Virus record (IMG/VR): IMGVR_UViG_3300014158_000003
Span: 1 to 64,000 of that record
DNA: 64,000 nucleotides
Direction: 5' to 3' (one strand)
Source of the DNA: a virus
The position numbers and the translations under genes are program-made. Each line of letters begins with the position of its first letter. Position 1 is the stretch's first letter. The notes beneath the pieces were generated by a model. That model was not told the DNA's origin, did no database searches, and worked only from the letters and a program-made list of their open reading frames with translations. This document shows, in pieces, positions 24,642-33,851 of the stretch.

Positions 24642-25256
24642 TCACTCGCGCGGCAGCGTGGCGCGGGCCACTTCGGCGGCGATCTGCCGGGCGACCGCCA
24701 GCCGGTGCTGCGTCTTGACGAGCGCCGCGTCGCACCGGCCGCTCTCGACGGCCGCGAGCTCGGTGCCCTCGGGATTGTCCGCGCACCACACGCTCCGGGC
24801 CAGCCGGAGCCACCGGCGCGTGGCGAGCGAGGGGTCGCACGCCTGGTAGCGGTCGGTGTGGGCGATGGAGAGCTGCAGGTACCCCCAGCTCCTGCCGCTG
24901 TCGCCGCGCGCGCACCGGTGGTTGCCCGTCTCCCACGCCCCGTGCACGGCGATGAGCGCCATGGTCAGCGCGCGGCTCTGGTAGAGCGGGTCCATCCCGT
25001 TGACGGCGCCCACGATGGCGACGGCGATCTCGCGCGCGTCGCCGATGCGATCGTAGTGGCCGGCAGGAGGCTCGCTGGCCTGCCGGGCCAGCTCCCTCGG
25101 AGTGAGTTCGCGCTCCGGGACCCGAGCCATCGCGGCGAGCACCTCGTCCACGGTCACGAGGTCCGCCGCCGGCGGCGACGCGTGGGCGGGCGTCCGCCCG
25201 ACGAGCGTCATGGTGACCAGTACAGCGGCTTGAACGAGCGATTGTTTCAGGTTCAT
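24642..25256 (-). CDS. Secreted lysozyme/SLT-like protein
   Basis: Signal peptide ending AHA; WETG...GDSGRSWGYLQL lytic-transglycosylase-like motif. Confidence 0.6.
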   Translation of the reverse strand: MNLKQSLVQAAVLVTMTLVGRTPAHASPPAADLVTVDEVLAAMARVPERELTPRELARQASEPPAGHYDRIGDAREIAVAIVGAVNGMDPLYQSRALTMALIAVHGAWETGNHRCARGDSGRSWGYLQLSIAHTDRYQACDPSLATRRWLRLARSVWCADNPEGTELAAVESGRCDAALVKTQHRLAVARQIAAEVARATLPRE

Positions 25257-25313
25257 CCAAACCCCTCTACCGTTTGAGCCCGGTCTAGGGCAAGCTATCT
25301 CTTCAGTAAGGCC

Positions 25314-25598
25314 ATGCCGGACGTCCCGCTCGCCGACACGTGCGTCTGCGGGGTCCCGCACTGGCACAAGTTCATCGCTCCCTCCGAGAAGCTGGCCAAG
25401 GGCGGCTCGGGCTCGATGTCCGCCGCGACGCCGTTTCTCTGGTGCCGCAAGTGCGGGTGCCTTCGCTTCATGCTCGAGTCGCACTGGCAGGTGCCGCTCG
25501 ACCGCGCGGGCGACGTCGCGCACTCGGTGCCGCTCAGCGAGGAGCCCGACGAGCCGCCGACGAGTCCGGGCACCCCGGGCGCGAAGGGGCGCCGCTAG
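25314..25598 (+). CDS. Small Zn-binding hypothetical protein
   Basis: CVC...H and CRKCGC motifs. Confidence 0.55.
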   Translation: MPDVPLADTCVCGVPHWHKFIAPSEKLAKGGSGSMSAATPFLWCRKCGCLRFMLESHWQVPLDRAGDVAHSVPLSEEPDEPPTSPGTPGAKGRR

Positions 25599-26308
25599 CC
25601 GACGGGCAGCGGGACGTACGTCGCCGGGTACCATAGGCGCGCGCGGTCGTCGCCGGCGGCCACGACCGCCGCCGCGTTCTGCAGCATCAGCACCTCGCCG
25701 AGGTCGCGCGCGACGATCCCCGGGTTGACCTTCTCCTCGTGCGCGCTGGCCTCGCGCACCAGGTCCGCGGCCGCCGAGAAGTCCGGCGGGTCCGCGGCGA
25801 ATAGCGCCTTGAACGCCGCGCCGTAGCCGACGCCCGCGGCGGTTTTACCGATCTTGTCCCACACGTTCGCGAAGTAGCTGCCCCACGCCCAGGCCGAGGA
25901 CAGCAACATCAGCTGCGCGTCGGCCGGCAGCGTCGGGGCGCCCGGGTACTGCGCGACCAGGTACCCCCAGTCCTCGGCGACCGTCTGGTCGATGAGCCCC
26001 GTGATGGCCGCCGCGGTCAGCCGGATCGTCGTGAGCTTGGCGCACGCGGTCGACTGCACGCCCGGCCACGCGGCCTTGACGAGCGCGTACGCGGCGTCGA
26101 CTTCTGCCTTCGTGCACGGCGACCCATTCTCAGGGTGGTACCAGGCGAGGGCGTCGGCGGCGGCCGCGGAGAAGAGCGCGTTGCCGGTCGCGCAGGTCAC
26201 GACACCTTTGATGTCCGTGTACATGTATGGCAAACGCTGGCCTTCGAATTTGGCGAAGAGCACCGGCAACTGGTCGACGACCTCCTGCTGCAAGCCGGTG
26301 ACGATCAT
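25595..26308 (-). CDS. Phage lysozyme (GH24-like), soluble
   Basis: FEGQRLPYMYTDIKGVVTCATG = E-x8-D-x5-T triad pattern. Confidence 0.75.
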   Translation of the reverse strand: MIVTGLQQEVVDQLPVLFAKFEGQRLPYMYTDIKGVVTCATGNALFSAAAADALAWYHPENGSPCTKAEVDAAYALVKAAWPGVQSTACAKLTTIRLTAAAITGLIDQTVAEDWGYLVAQYPGAPTLPADAQLMLLSSAWAWGSYFANVWDKIGKTAAGVGYGAAFKALFAADPPDFSAAADLVREASAHEEKVNPGIVARDLGEVLMLQNAAAVVAAGDDRARLWYPATYVPLPVG

Positions 26309-26366
26309 GGGTATCAAACTGTAGCACTTGCGCGGAACGCGCGATCGTGCGATCAGTCTTTGCCCC

Positions 26367-26552
26367 GTGGCGCGTCGCACAAAACCCGAGCCGCTGACCC
26401 TCACGGCCTTTCGGGCGCAGCCCGGCGAATACGTGCGTGAGGTGGCGCGTGCCGGCAAGCGCTACCTCCTGACCAAGGCCGGCAAGCCCGTGGCGCTGCT
26501 CGTGCCGGCGGGTGAACTCGAAGACGGTCGGCTGACGAGAGAGACCCCATGA
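26367..26552 (+). CDS. Phd/YefM-family antitoxin-like protein (orphan)
   Basis: LTAFRAQPGEYVREVARAGKRYLLTKAGKPVALLVP. Confidence 0.75.
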   Translation: MARRTKPEPLTLTAFRAQPGEYVREVARAGKRYLLTKAGKPVALLVPAGELEDGRLTRETP

Positions 26553-27229
26553 CCCTGAAGATCTTCATCGGCTCGCCCTGCTACGACTCCATGGAGCCGG
26601 AGTTCGTCGGCTCGCTGCTCGCGTCGATGGACGCCCTGCACGACCGCGGGCACGAGCTCTGCGATTGGGGGTACGTTCGGGGCACGCTCCCGCACTTCGC
26701 GCGCAACACGCTGGCGTTCGAGGCGCTGAGCGAGGGGGCCGACGTCATGGTGCAGGTCGACACCGACCACCAGTGGAAGTCGGGCGACCTGGTCGCGGCG
26801 ATCGAGTGCGTGGGCGCGGGCCGCGTGGACGTCGTCGGCTTCGCGCACGTCACGCGCAGCGACAGCACGCTCGGCGGCGACCCGTTCGTGTCGCCCAAGA
26901 TGCTGCCGGAGAAGTCGCTGCGCGCGATTCGGCACGAGGGCGTCGTCTACGTCGAGGTCCGCGCGGTCGGCGCCGGCGTGCTCGTAGCGTCCCGGCGGTG
27001 CCTCGAGCGGCTCGCTGAAGGGGCGCCGAAGGACAAGCGCGGCCAGCCGAAGCTCTTCATGATGCCGGACGAGACCGGCGAGGACGTCTACTTCTGCCAG
27101 CAGTGGCAAAAGCTCGGCGGCAGGATCTACTGCCACCGGGACGCGATCGTGGCGCACATCGGCAAGACGACGTTCGCGGCGAGCTTCCAGCTCGCCATCC
27201 GGGACATGCTGATCGAGATCGCGGAGTGA
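26549..27229 (+). CDS. GT-A fold glycosyltransferase
   Basis: IFIGSPCY, ARN, VDTD, VGAG, GEDVYFC, HIG motifs. Confidence 0.8.
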   Translation: MTLKIFIGSPCYDSMEPEFVGSLLASMDALHDRGHELCDWGYVRGTLPHFARNTLAFEALSEGADVMVQVDTDHQWKSGDLVAAIECVGAGRVDVVGFAHVTRSDSTLGGDPFVSPKMLPEKSLRAIRHEGVVYVEVRAVGAGVLVASRRCLERLAEGAPKDKRGQPKLFMMPDETGEDVYFCQQWQKLGGRIYCHRDAIVAHIGKTTFAASFQLAIRDMLIEIAE

Positions 27230-28050
27230 AGTTCGGGGTCATCGCGCTGGGTAGCGCCGCCGAGCGCAGCGCGCTCCAGGAGATCGCCGAGACCGTCCAC
27301 TACGGCCTGCTGTCCTTGGGCCACGACTGCGTGCTGACGCGGCGGTGGCTATCCGATCGCCGCCTCGTCCTCTTAGGGACGACGTCGATCCCGCTGCTCG
27401 GCGTGACGCCGCCGCCGGGGACCATCCTCTACCACCTCGAGCACGTCCACCCCGGCTCGCCGTTCGTCACGCCGAAGATGGTCGCCATCTTGCGGCAGTA
27501 CCCGGTATGCGACTTCAGCCAGAGCAACGTCGAGCGGTTCGCCAAGCTGGGCGTCCGGGCGCGCTGGCTGCCGGTCGGCTACGTCCCGGAGCTGACGCGC
27601 ATCGCGCCCGCGCCCGAAGAGGACGTCGACGTCCTCTTCTACGGCACCATGACCGACCGGCGCCGGGTCGTGCTCGACGGGATCGCGGCGCGCGGGCTGC
27701 GCGTGCAGGTGTGCTCCGGGCTGTACGGTCCGGCGCGCGACGCGCTCATCGCCCGGTCGAAGGTGGTGGTCAACATCCACGGCATGGACCAGAACACCGT
27801 CTTCGAGTCGGTCCGCGTCTTCTACCCGCTCGCCAACAAGCGAGCCGTCGTGTCCGAGCGCGGAGACGGCCACGAAGGGTTCGCGGGCGCCGTCGCGTTC
27901 GCGGAGTACGGCGAGCTCGCAGATCGCTGCGCGGACCTCGTGGCCGACGAACGCGCGCGCGCGGCGCTCGCCCAGCGCGGGTTCGAGGTCGTGTCGGCCA
28001 GGAGCGAGGGCGAGCACCTGAGGGCGGCGCTTGGAGATCTCGGCGCCTGA
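27226..28050 (+). CDS. GT-B (CgeB-like) glycosyltransferase
   Basis: DVDVLFYG..RR, RDALIARSKVVVNIH, FESVR, VVSE. Confidence 0.8.
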   Translation: MKFGVIALGSAAERSALQEIAETVHYGLLSLGHDCVLTRRWLSDRRLVLLGTTSIPLLGVTPPPGTILYHLEHVHPGSPFVTPKMVAILRQYPVCDFSQSNVERFAKLGVRARWLPVGYVPELTRIAPAPEEDVDVLFYGTMTDRRRVVLDGIAARGLRVQVCSGLYGPARDALIARSKVVVNIHGMDQNTVFESVRVFYPLANKRAVVSERGDGHEGFAGAVAFAEYGELADRCADLVADERARAALAQRGFEVVSARSEGEHLRAALGDLGA

Positions 28051-28061
28051 CGCGGGCGCCG

Positions 28062-28283
28062 TCAGCTGCCGTGGCGGATCGGTCGCAGGAAGATCGCGTA
28101 GTCGCGCGGTCGCGACGGGTTGCTCCACCCGCTGTACTTGGGGTCCCAGGTGGTGCCGATGTTGTTGAAGTTGCGCTTCTCCCGGTACGCGCACAGGTCG
28201 ATGAGCGCCCGGGGGTGGCCGGCGCCGTTGCCGTTCTGCACGCCGCCGCTCTTGCACTTCAACGTGGTCTTCTTGCGGATCAT
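28062..28283 (-). CDS. Small basic hypothetical protein
   Basis: GAGGAG RBS, ATG at 28283. Confidence 0.5.
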   Translation of the reverse strand: MIRKKTTLKCKSGGVQNGNGAGHPRALIDLCAYREKRNFNNIGTTWDPKYSGWSNPSRPRDYAIFLRPIRHGS

Positions 28284-28288
28284 GGTCT

Positions 28289-28564
28289 TCACTCCTCTGG
28301 GGGCCCCAGCAGCTTGGATAGTACCCCATCGGCCACCTGCGACAAGAAGCTCGTGGCGCACCCGACGACCAGGGCACCCAGCGCGCGCCCACAGCCGACG
28401 GACACGAGCCCCGTCGCGCCCGCCAGCGCCCCCACCCAGAACCCGCTGCACTGGCTGCAGTGAAGGAGCGGCGGGTAGAGCCGGCGCACGGGCCGCAAGA
28501 GCGTGCTGCTCGTGACGATCAGCGTCGCGCCGACGAGCGCGGAGACGAGCAGAAACGAGGTCAA
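28289..28564 (-). CDS. DUF1360-like membrane protein
   Basis: TM-LLHCSQCSGFWVG-TM pattern. Confidence 0.6.
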   Translation of the reverse strand: MTSFLLVSALVGATLIVTSSTLLRPVRRLYPPLLHCSQCSGFWVGALAGATGLVSVGCGRALGALVVGCATSFLSQVADGVLSKLLGPPEE

Positions 28565-28755
28565 CGCTTGCCTGTCAAGAGTTCGACGAGCCGTGCGGCA
28601 GCCTCTGGCTGCAATTTGATCGTGCCGGTCGAACCGACCTCTACATCATCGTCGGAGAGTGTCGCGCTGCCGTCTTCGAAGACGCGGATGGTGGGGCAGC
28701 ACTTTTTCCGACCACACGGAAGCATCTCTTCGTGAACTACACGAATCTCGGACAT
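28561..28755 (-). CDS. Small hypothetical protein
   Basis: GGAGG RBS; CGRKKCCP. Confidence 0.55.
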   Translation of the reverse strand: MSEIRVVHEEMLPCGRKKCCPTIRVFEDGSATLSDDDVEVGSTGTIKLQPEAAARLVELLTGKR

Positions 28756-28835
28756 GGTAACCTCCAAAATGTTGAACAGCCCCGCACCGCGTCACCGGCC
28801 GGGGCCTGGCTCGACCTCAATGAACGAGGCGAACG

Positions 28836-29501
28836 ATGGAAGCGTATCACGCTTGTCTTACATGCGGAACCTCGCTCAAGGGAAAGCGGGGAACTCGCGG
28901 ACCACGAAAGTTCTGCGACAAGAGCTGTGCGCAGAGCTATAGAAATCGACTTCGAGTTGTTCGTGTTGCGGTTTCGCCTCCGCCAGAGGCGGGCGTACGA
29001 TTCATCCCGCTCACACAGGGCAAGTTTGCGAAGGTAGACGAGGCGGACTTCGTCGATTTGTCGCGCTGGAATTGGCGCCTTTTCGGTCGAAGATACGCTG
29101 CAACCCATCGTACGCCAGAAGAGCAGGCATCTACCGGATTGGGTGCCACAATCCTGATGCACCGCTATCTGATGGGAGAACCGTCGGAAGAGGTCGATCA
29201 CGAGAACGGCGATGGCCTGGACAATCGCAGAAAAAACCTGCGTCGAGCAACTCATGCCCAGAACATGATGAACGCGTTGAGTCGACGCGGTTCGTCTCGA
29301 TTCAAGGGTGTTTTTTGGAGCGTGAACCGCTGGCAAGCGGCAATCCGAGACGATTACAGGAAGGTTTATCTCGGGCAATTTAAAATTGAGGAAGATGCCG
29401 CTCGGGCCTACGATGATGCAGCCCGTCGTATTCATGGCGCATTCGCTCGACTCAACTTTCCGATAGAAGGGGAGCGATCTGCCTTGCATGACGATCGATA
29501 G
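28836..29501 (+). CDS. HNH-AP2 homing endonuclease
   Basis: IPLTQGKFAKVD, MHR, VDHENGDGLDNRRKNLR, SRFKGV, AARAYD..A...HG.FA.LNF; lower GC. Confidence 0.9.
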   Translation: MEAYHACLTCGTSLKGKRGTRGPRKFCDKSCAQSYRNRLRVVRVAVSPPPEAGVRFIPLTQGKFAKVDEADFVDLSRWNWRLFGRRYAATHRTPEEQASTGLGATILMHRYLMGEPSEEVDHENGDGLDNRRKNLRRATHAQNMMNALSRRGSSRFKGVFWSVNRWQAAIRDDYRKVYLGQFKIEEDAARAYDDAARRIHGAFARLNFPIEGERSALHDDR

Positions 29502-29582
29502 CTACCACGCGGTCACGGCGCGCAGCAACGACTCGTGGACTACCCGAGACATACCCGAGGTCCCCGTGGTATCACTCGACCC

Positions 29583-30002
29583 ATGCTCGGAACCTCCCTC
29601 GAGTTCGCGCCCGGTACGACCGAAGACTGCCAGAAACTCATGGCGCAGCTCTTCAAGCCCGGCGAGCTGCTCGGCGCGTACCGCATGGCGCGCCAGCGCT
29701 TCGGCGTCAGCGACCTCGTGCTCGTCACCGCGCAGCAGGACGGGTCCGGGTTCGAGGCGATGGTGCGCTCGCACTACGTCAGCCGGCTGCGGCAGGGACT
29801 CGGCCGCAACGGCGCCAAGATGCTCGCGGCGCTCGGCGTCGCGCACAAGTCCGCCCACCAGGTCGTGAGCCTGCCCAAGGAGTCGGACGCCTTCTGGCTC
29901 GTCATCAACCGCCGGGACGCGCTTCCGGTGATGGTAGTGCTGTTCGCGACTCAGTATGCGACCGACGCCGACGCGAGCGAGCCGACGATCCTGAGGAACT
30001 GA
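29583..30002 (+). CDS. Hypothetical protein
   Basis: Coding-like codon use; ATG at 29583. Confidence 0.6.
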   Translation: MLGTSLEFAPGTTEDCQKLMAQLFKPGELLGAYRMARQRFGVSDLVLVTAQQDGSGFEAMVRSHYVSRLRQGLGRNGAKMLAALGVAHKSAHQVVSLPKESDAFWLVINRRDALPVMVVLFATQYATDADASEPTILRN

Positions 30003-30003
30003 A

Positions 30004-30306
30004 CTACTTGACGATCGCGGCTACGATGCCGCCCGCGACCGCGGTCGCGACGAGCGGCTTCCAGCTCCGCGCGAGCCGCTCGCCGGCGACGCCGAGACTG
30101 AGGCCGGTCCCCTCGCCGAAGAGGGCCGTCGCCGCGACGGCCGCCAGACCGCTGGCGAGCGTGCCGCCGAGGAAGGCGCCCATCTTGCCGGTCGGCGCGG
30201 AGAGGGCGCCGCCGTGGTCCGCGGCGGGCTTGACGTAGGTGCTCTGCGGGAACGGCGCGCTGACGCCGAACGTGACCGGCCGGCCACCGAGACGGATGCT
30301 CTCCAT
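30004..30306 (-). CDS. Tagged 2-TM membrane protein
   Basis: MESIRLGGRPVTFGVS tag; hydrophobic helices. Confidence 0.7.
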   Translation of the reverse strand: MESIRLGGRPVTFGVSAPFPQSTYVKPAADHGGALSAPTGKMGAFLGGTLASGLAAVAATALFGEGTGLSLGVAGERLARSWKPLVATAVAGGIVAAIVK

Positions 30307-30342
30307 GCCGGAGAGCGTACGCCAGTTCGGGCGGGTCGTCTA
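30307..30342 (-). promoter_or_regulatory. Leaderless promoter
   Basis: TAGACG-17-TACGCT-7 nt-ATG; identical layout at 30919-30954. Confidence 0.65.
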
Positions 30343-30918
30343 CGCGCTGCGGCTGCGCGCGAGGACCACCAGCCCGACGCCCGCGACGACGGCGGCGCCG
30401 CCCGCGGCGAGCAGCGGGGCCCTGTTCTCCGCGAGCCAGCCGAAGAAGCCGCCGGACGGCGGCGCGTCGGGCGCCGACGGCGTCGCGGGGGCGCGGGTCG
30501 CCGCTGAGCGGCCCGACGAGGTCGACGGTTTCACCTTCGCGGCGGCGAGGCGCTGCGCCACTTGGTACTGGTTGACCATGTCCAGGGCGATGGCCTTCGC
30601 CGCGTCGACGTCGGCCTGCGTCGCTGAGGGGCCGCTGTTGACGTTCGCGAGCTTGCCGTTGTCCACCCACGCGAGGTGGGTCGCGCCCATGACCGTCGAG
30701 TCGTTGCCCGATAGCGCGTCGATGGCGGGACCGACGGAGCCGACGGCGGCCGTCCCTGCAGTGAGCAGCGCCGCGACCGCACCGCCCGGGTTGGTGATGG
30801 TGCCGCTAGTGTACTGCGTGACCGCGGCCTGCAGCGCCGCGATCCCTGGGCCGATGGCGTCGGGCGCGCCCACGCCGAAGCCGGTGACCCGGAAACCGCC
30901 GCGTTGGAGACTCTCCAT
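30340..30918 (-). CDS. Tagged protein with C-terminal TM anchor
   Basis: MESLQRGGFRVTGFGVG tag; C-terminal hydrophobic helix + basic tail. Confidence 0.75.
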   Translation of the reverse strand: MESLQRGGFRVTGFGVGAPDAIGPGIAALQAAVTQYTSGTITNPGGAVAALLTAGTAAVGSVGPAIDALSGNDSTVMGATHLAWVDNGKLANVNSGPSATQADVDAAKAIALDMVNQYQVAQRLAAAKVKPSTSSGRSAATRAPATPSAPDAPPSGGFFGWLAENRAPLLAAGGAAVVAGVGLVVLARSRSA

Positions 30919-30954
30919 GCCGGTTAGCGTACGCCGCTCCGGTCTCAGCGTCTA
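30919..30954 (-). promoter_or_regulatory. Leaderless promoter
   Basis: TAGACG(30954-49)-17-TACGCT(30931-26)-7 nt-ATG. Confidence 0.65.
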
Positions 30955-31577
30955 TGCGGTACCGCCGCCGAGAGCAGTCGGGCGTAGGGAGAGAGCACGC
31001 CGAGGACGATGACGCCGCCGACGACGCTGCCGCCGACGATGAGCGCCGTCTTGTGGTCCTTGAACCACCGGCTCAAGTCGTCGAAGGGGTTGTGGATGTT
31101 CGACGGGTCGGTGTCCGCATAAGCCTTCTCGCCGAAGGTTTGTGGCACCAGGTGCGAGGGGACGTCCTCGGGTGGTTTCGCGTCGGCGGCCCGCGTCGCC
31201 GTATCGAGGCGGTCGAAGAGGTTTTTCCAGTCTCCCTTGACCGTGGGCGCGCTGCTCGGGGGGTAACCTTGCTGTACGGCCTTCTGTAAACTTTCCCACG
31301 ACGTACTGTTCAGTGTGAACGTGCCCACGTTCGCGAGTGCCGCCTGGTAGCGCGCCTGCAGAGCCTTCCAATCGCTGGTCCAGTCCGCGAACGCCTTAGG
31401 ATCCAAAGACGACCACTTCGACGCGAACGCGTTGTACGCCGCACCGAGCTTCTGCATCCGCGCGGCCCACTGCACCTTCGACGTCGCGAGGTCGTCGTCG
31501 CTCACATACAGGCCGGTCTCGGAAAAACCGACACCGAACCCAGCAACCGTCACGCCGCCGCGCCGGACGGTCTCCAT
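30945..31577 (-). CDS. Tagged protein with C-terminal TM anchor
   Basis: METVRRGGVTVAGFGVG tag; GGAGG RBS; C-terminal ALIVGGSVVGGVIVLGVL. Confidence 0.75.
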   Translation of the reverse strand: METVRRGGVTVAGFGVGFSETGLYVSDDDLATSKVQWAARMQKLGAAYNAFASKWSSLDPKAFADWTSDWKALQARYQAALANVGTFTLNSTSWESLQKAVQQGYPPSSAPTVKGDWKNLFDRLDTATRAADAKPPEDVPSHLVPQTFGEKAYADTDPSNIHNPFDDLSRWFKDHKTALIVGGSVVGGVIVLGVLSPYARLLSAAVPHRR

Positions 31578-31972
31578 CAGCGCCTCCTCTTCTTGAGGAA
31601 CGTCCGGTGCGCGACCTCGTCGAGGATCCAGCCCGTGATCGCTCCGGCCACGCTCATGATGACCGCCTCTTTCCACGGCGAGCGGTACTCCGGCTCCTTC
31701 GGGGCCTCCGCGCCGAGGCCGGCGTTCGTTCGCCTCCGCAACAGTTCCGCCATCTCGCGCGCGGTGCGCTGCGTGGGCGCGATCCCGCCTCCCGGCTCGG
31801 TGCAGCCGCCGCCCTCGACGAACTCGTCGCCGCGCCCCGCGGCGACGAGCCGCTCCATCGCGGCGAGTTTCGCGCCCGGCTCGCGCCAGTTCGGCGACCA
31901 GAGGGCGCCCACGCCGAAGCCGGCGACCGAATGGCCGTTGCGCTGGACGTGCTCTTGCTGCACGCCGGTCAT
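31577..31972 (-). CDS. Tagged protein with C-terminal hydrophobic helix
   Basis: EHVQRNGHSVAGFGVG tag; ends KKRRR. Confidence 0.7.
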   Translation of the reverse strand: MTGVQQEHVQRNGHSVAGFGVGALWSPNWREPGAKLAAMERLVAAGRGDEFVEGGGCTEPGGGIAPTQRTAREMAELLRRRTNAGLGAEAPKEPEYRSPWKEAVIMSVAGAITGWILDEVAHRTFLKKRRR

Positions 31973-31976
31973 CGTA

Positions 31977-32582
31977 TCACCAGTCCGGCAGCTCGGGCGG
32001 ATCGTTCCGAAGCTGGGCGACCAGGTAGAACTCGATGAGCCGCTGCAAGTCGGACACGTCGACGACCCCCGATGACCAAGCTCGGTCGGCTGCTTCTAGC
32101 GCCCGGTAGTACGCGCGCGGCGCGTACTTCATCCTCTGCGGCACCGGACGCTCTCCGGGGAGCTCTCTGCCTAGCCGCTGGCTCATGACCAGGTACGAAA
32201 CCGCCCGCGCGGTGCGCCCGTTGCCGTCGTCGAACGGGTGGATCCACGCCAATCGCCACATGATGAACGCCGCTGCAAAGAGGGCGTCATTCGAGCCGTT
32301 GACGTAATTGCACGCCTCCTGCGTCAGGCGAGGCAAGTCTTCGTGTGGAGGTGGTACGTGGCTGGACCCGAAGATCTCGACGTCGTCGCTCGTGCGCCAT
32401 CGGCCGGCGCTAGGGAGGATATCTCTCATTGCAGCCTGGTGGAGGCTGAGGGTCATTCGCGGGGTCAGCGTTTGATGCGCAGGCGACCGCACCCACCGCT
32501 GCACCATGCGTAACTGAGCTAGACCGCCCTCAGCCTCGAGAATCTCCGACTCGCTCTCGTCGTCGTCGAACCCCCACCCCAT
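31977..32582 (-). CDS. fic: Fic-family AMPylase
   Basis: Canonical HPFDDGNGRTAR motif. Confidence 0.9.
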   Translation of the reverse strand: MGWGFDDDESESEILEAEGGLAQLRMVQRWVRSPAHQTLTPRMTLSLHQAAMRDILPSAGRWRTSDDVEIFGSSHVPPPHEDLPRLTQEACNYVNGSNDALFAAAFIMWRLAWIHPFDDGNGRTARAVSYLVMSQRLGRELPGERPVPQRMKYAPRAYYRALEAADRAWSSGVVDVSDLQRLIEFYLVAQLRNDPPELPDW

Positions 32583-32758
32583 CAACGAACCGCGCGGCGT
32601 CGCCGCATTCTCTCCGCCGCGATGTCAACGATCTCGCGCGTCACTCGCGCGTTCTCCAGGCCGATGTTCCCTGCCACGAAGTTGCGCGCCTGCTCCTCGC
32701 GCTCCGCCTCCGTCATCGGGCGAGACTCTCGGATCAGTCGAGCGAGTTCGCGCGTCAC
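32582..32758 (-). CDS. Putative Fic antitoxin (VbhA-like), 58 aa, not in ORF track
   Basis: Own translation VTRELARLIRESRPMTEAEREEQARNFVAGNIGLENARVTRE...; TGATG overlap with fic; promoter TTGCGC-17-TACACT upstream. Confidence 0.65.
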   Translation of the reverse strand: MTRELARLIRESRPMTEAEREEQARNFVAGNIGLENARVTREIVDIAAERMRRRRAVR

Positions 32759-32889
32759 GGTAGGTCAGTGTAGCTCACGCACGAGTCTGGCGCAAAGACG
32801 CGCGCCCTCTACGGGCGATCGACACCGACGCGCGGCCCGCGCGCGATCGTGCTTTCGTAGCAGCGTCTCGTAGCAGCGCCAGCATCGCA

Positions 32890-33061
32890 CGCGCGGTACG
32901 CTGCGGGGGCGGTGCAGCCGCCACCCTCGACCAAATCGTCGCCGCGCCCCGCGGCGACGAGCCGTTCCATCGCGACGAGCTTCGCGCCCGGTGTGCTCCA
33001 GCCCGGCGATCGACTGGTCGTTGCGCTGGACGTGCTCCTGCACGCGGCCCCAGCGTATCAC
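32890..33061 (-). pseudogene. Degenerate copy of the 5' part of the 31577-31972 gene
   Basis: Near-identical DNA to about 31800-31980, lost ATG, about 29-nt frameshifting deletion. Confidence 0.8.
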
Positions 33062-33486
33062 ACCTGAAGTGGGGTCGACGTCTCCGGTCGCTTGGGCCCT
33101 TTGAGCCAAGGCTTGAGGTCCATGTAGTCCGGAAGCGCGAACACGTTGCGCTCCGTCATGCAGGCTGGGGTCATCAGCGTCAGGCGCAAGAAGAACGGGC
33201 AGTGCTTGGCCGACCGCACCAGAAACACTGGTGCAGGTGCCGGTCCGATGCTCCGCGTCCACGCGGGCGGGTCGTCCCCGTTTCTCCACGCGAGGAGTTC
33301 CACGAGTGAGGCGTAAACGGCGCGCGCGCGAACGTACGGGAAGTCGGGGGGTGGGGCGTCCGACCACGAGAAGTCAGCACGCGAGGCGTCCTTGATGATC
33401 TGGCAGACCGTCAGGTCGCTGTCGTCGATGTCGCGCAGTGCAGCGACGACGAGTTCGCGTGGGTTCAAGGAAAATGCTGGTCTCAT
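33058..33486 (-). CDS. Hypothetical protein, resembles antitoxin partners of nucleotidyltransferase toxins
   Basis: LVELLA...PPAWT..IGPAPAPVFL...TP....RNVF pattern; family call from memory. Confidence 0.5.
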   Translation of the reverse strand: MRPAFSLNPRELVVAALRDIDDSDLTVCQIIKDASRADFSWSDAPPPDFPYVRARAVYASLVELLAWRNGDDPPAWTRSIGPAPAPVFLVRSAKHCPFFLRLTLMTPACMTERNVFALPDYMDLKPWLKGPKRPETSTPLQV

Positions 33487-33689
33487 GCCGCCGGGCCGTC
33501 CTTGCGCGCGCCGATCCTGGAGACCTGCGACGCCTCGAACGCACGCAGGGCGTCCCGGCAGCGGTCGCCCGCCGTCCCGCGCACACTTCCAGGCTCGCGC
33601 AGCTCTTTCAAGATTGACCTCGGATCGACGTCATGTGCGGACGACAGACGTCGAAGGACCGTGATGGGGATCAATGGGCGGTCGGCCAT
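33483..33689 (-). CDS. Small putative DNA-binding protein
   Basis: LRRLSSAHDVDPRSILKEL is HTH-like; coupled to next ORF. Confidence 0.5.
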   Translation of the reverse strand: MADRPLIPITVLRRLSSAHDVDPRSILKELREPGSVRGTAGDRCRDALRAFEASQVSRIGARKDGPAA

Positions 33690-33851
33690 GCTTTCTGACG
33701 GATCATGCTCTCACGGTACGGCCTCAATGTCCACCGTGCTGTACGGCGCGGCACCGTGCCGCATGGCGCTAAGAATCGCTGTCAGAGCGCTCGCTGATCG
33801 ATTGACCCAGCCATGCGTACGACCGCAGGATGCCCCGAGTAGGACTCGAGG

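Noticed and set aside
31800-33061. Duplicated segment as a diversity-generating retroelement TR/VR pair
   Set aside because: No reverse transcriptase in the window; differences include indels and are not adenine-specific
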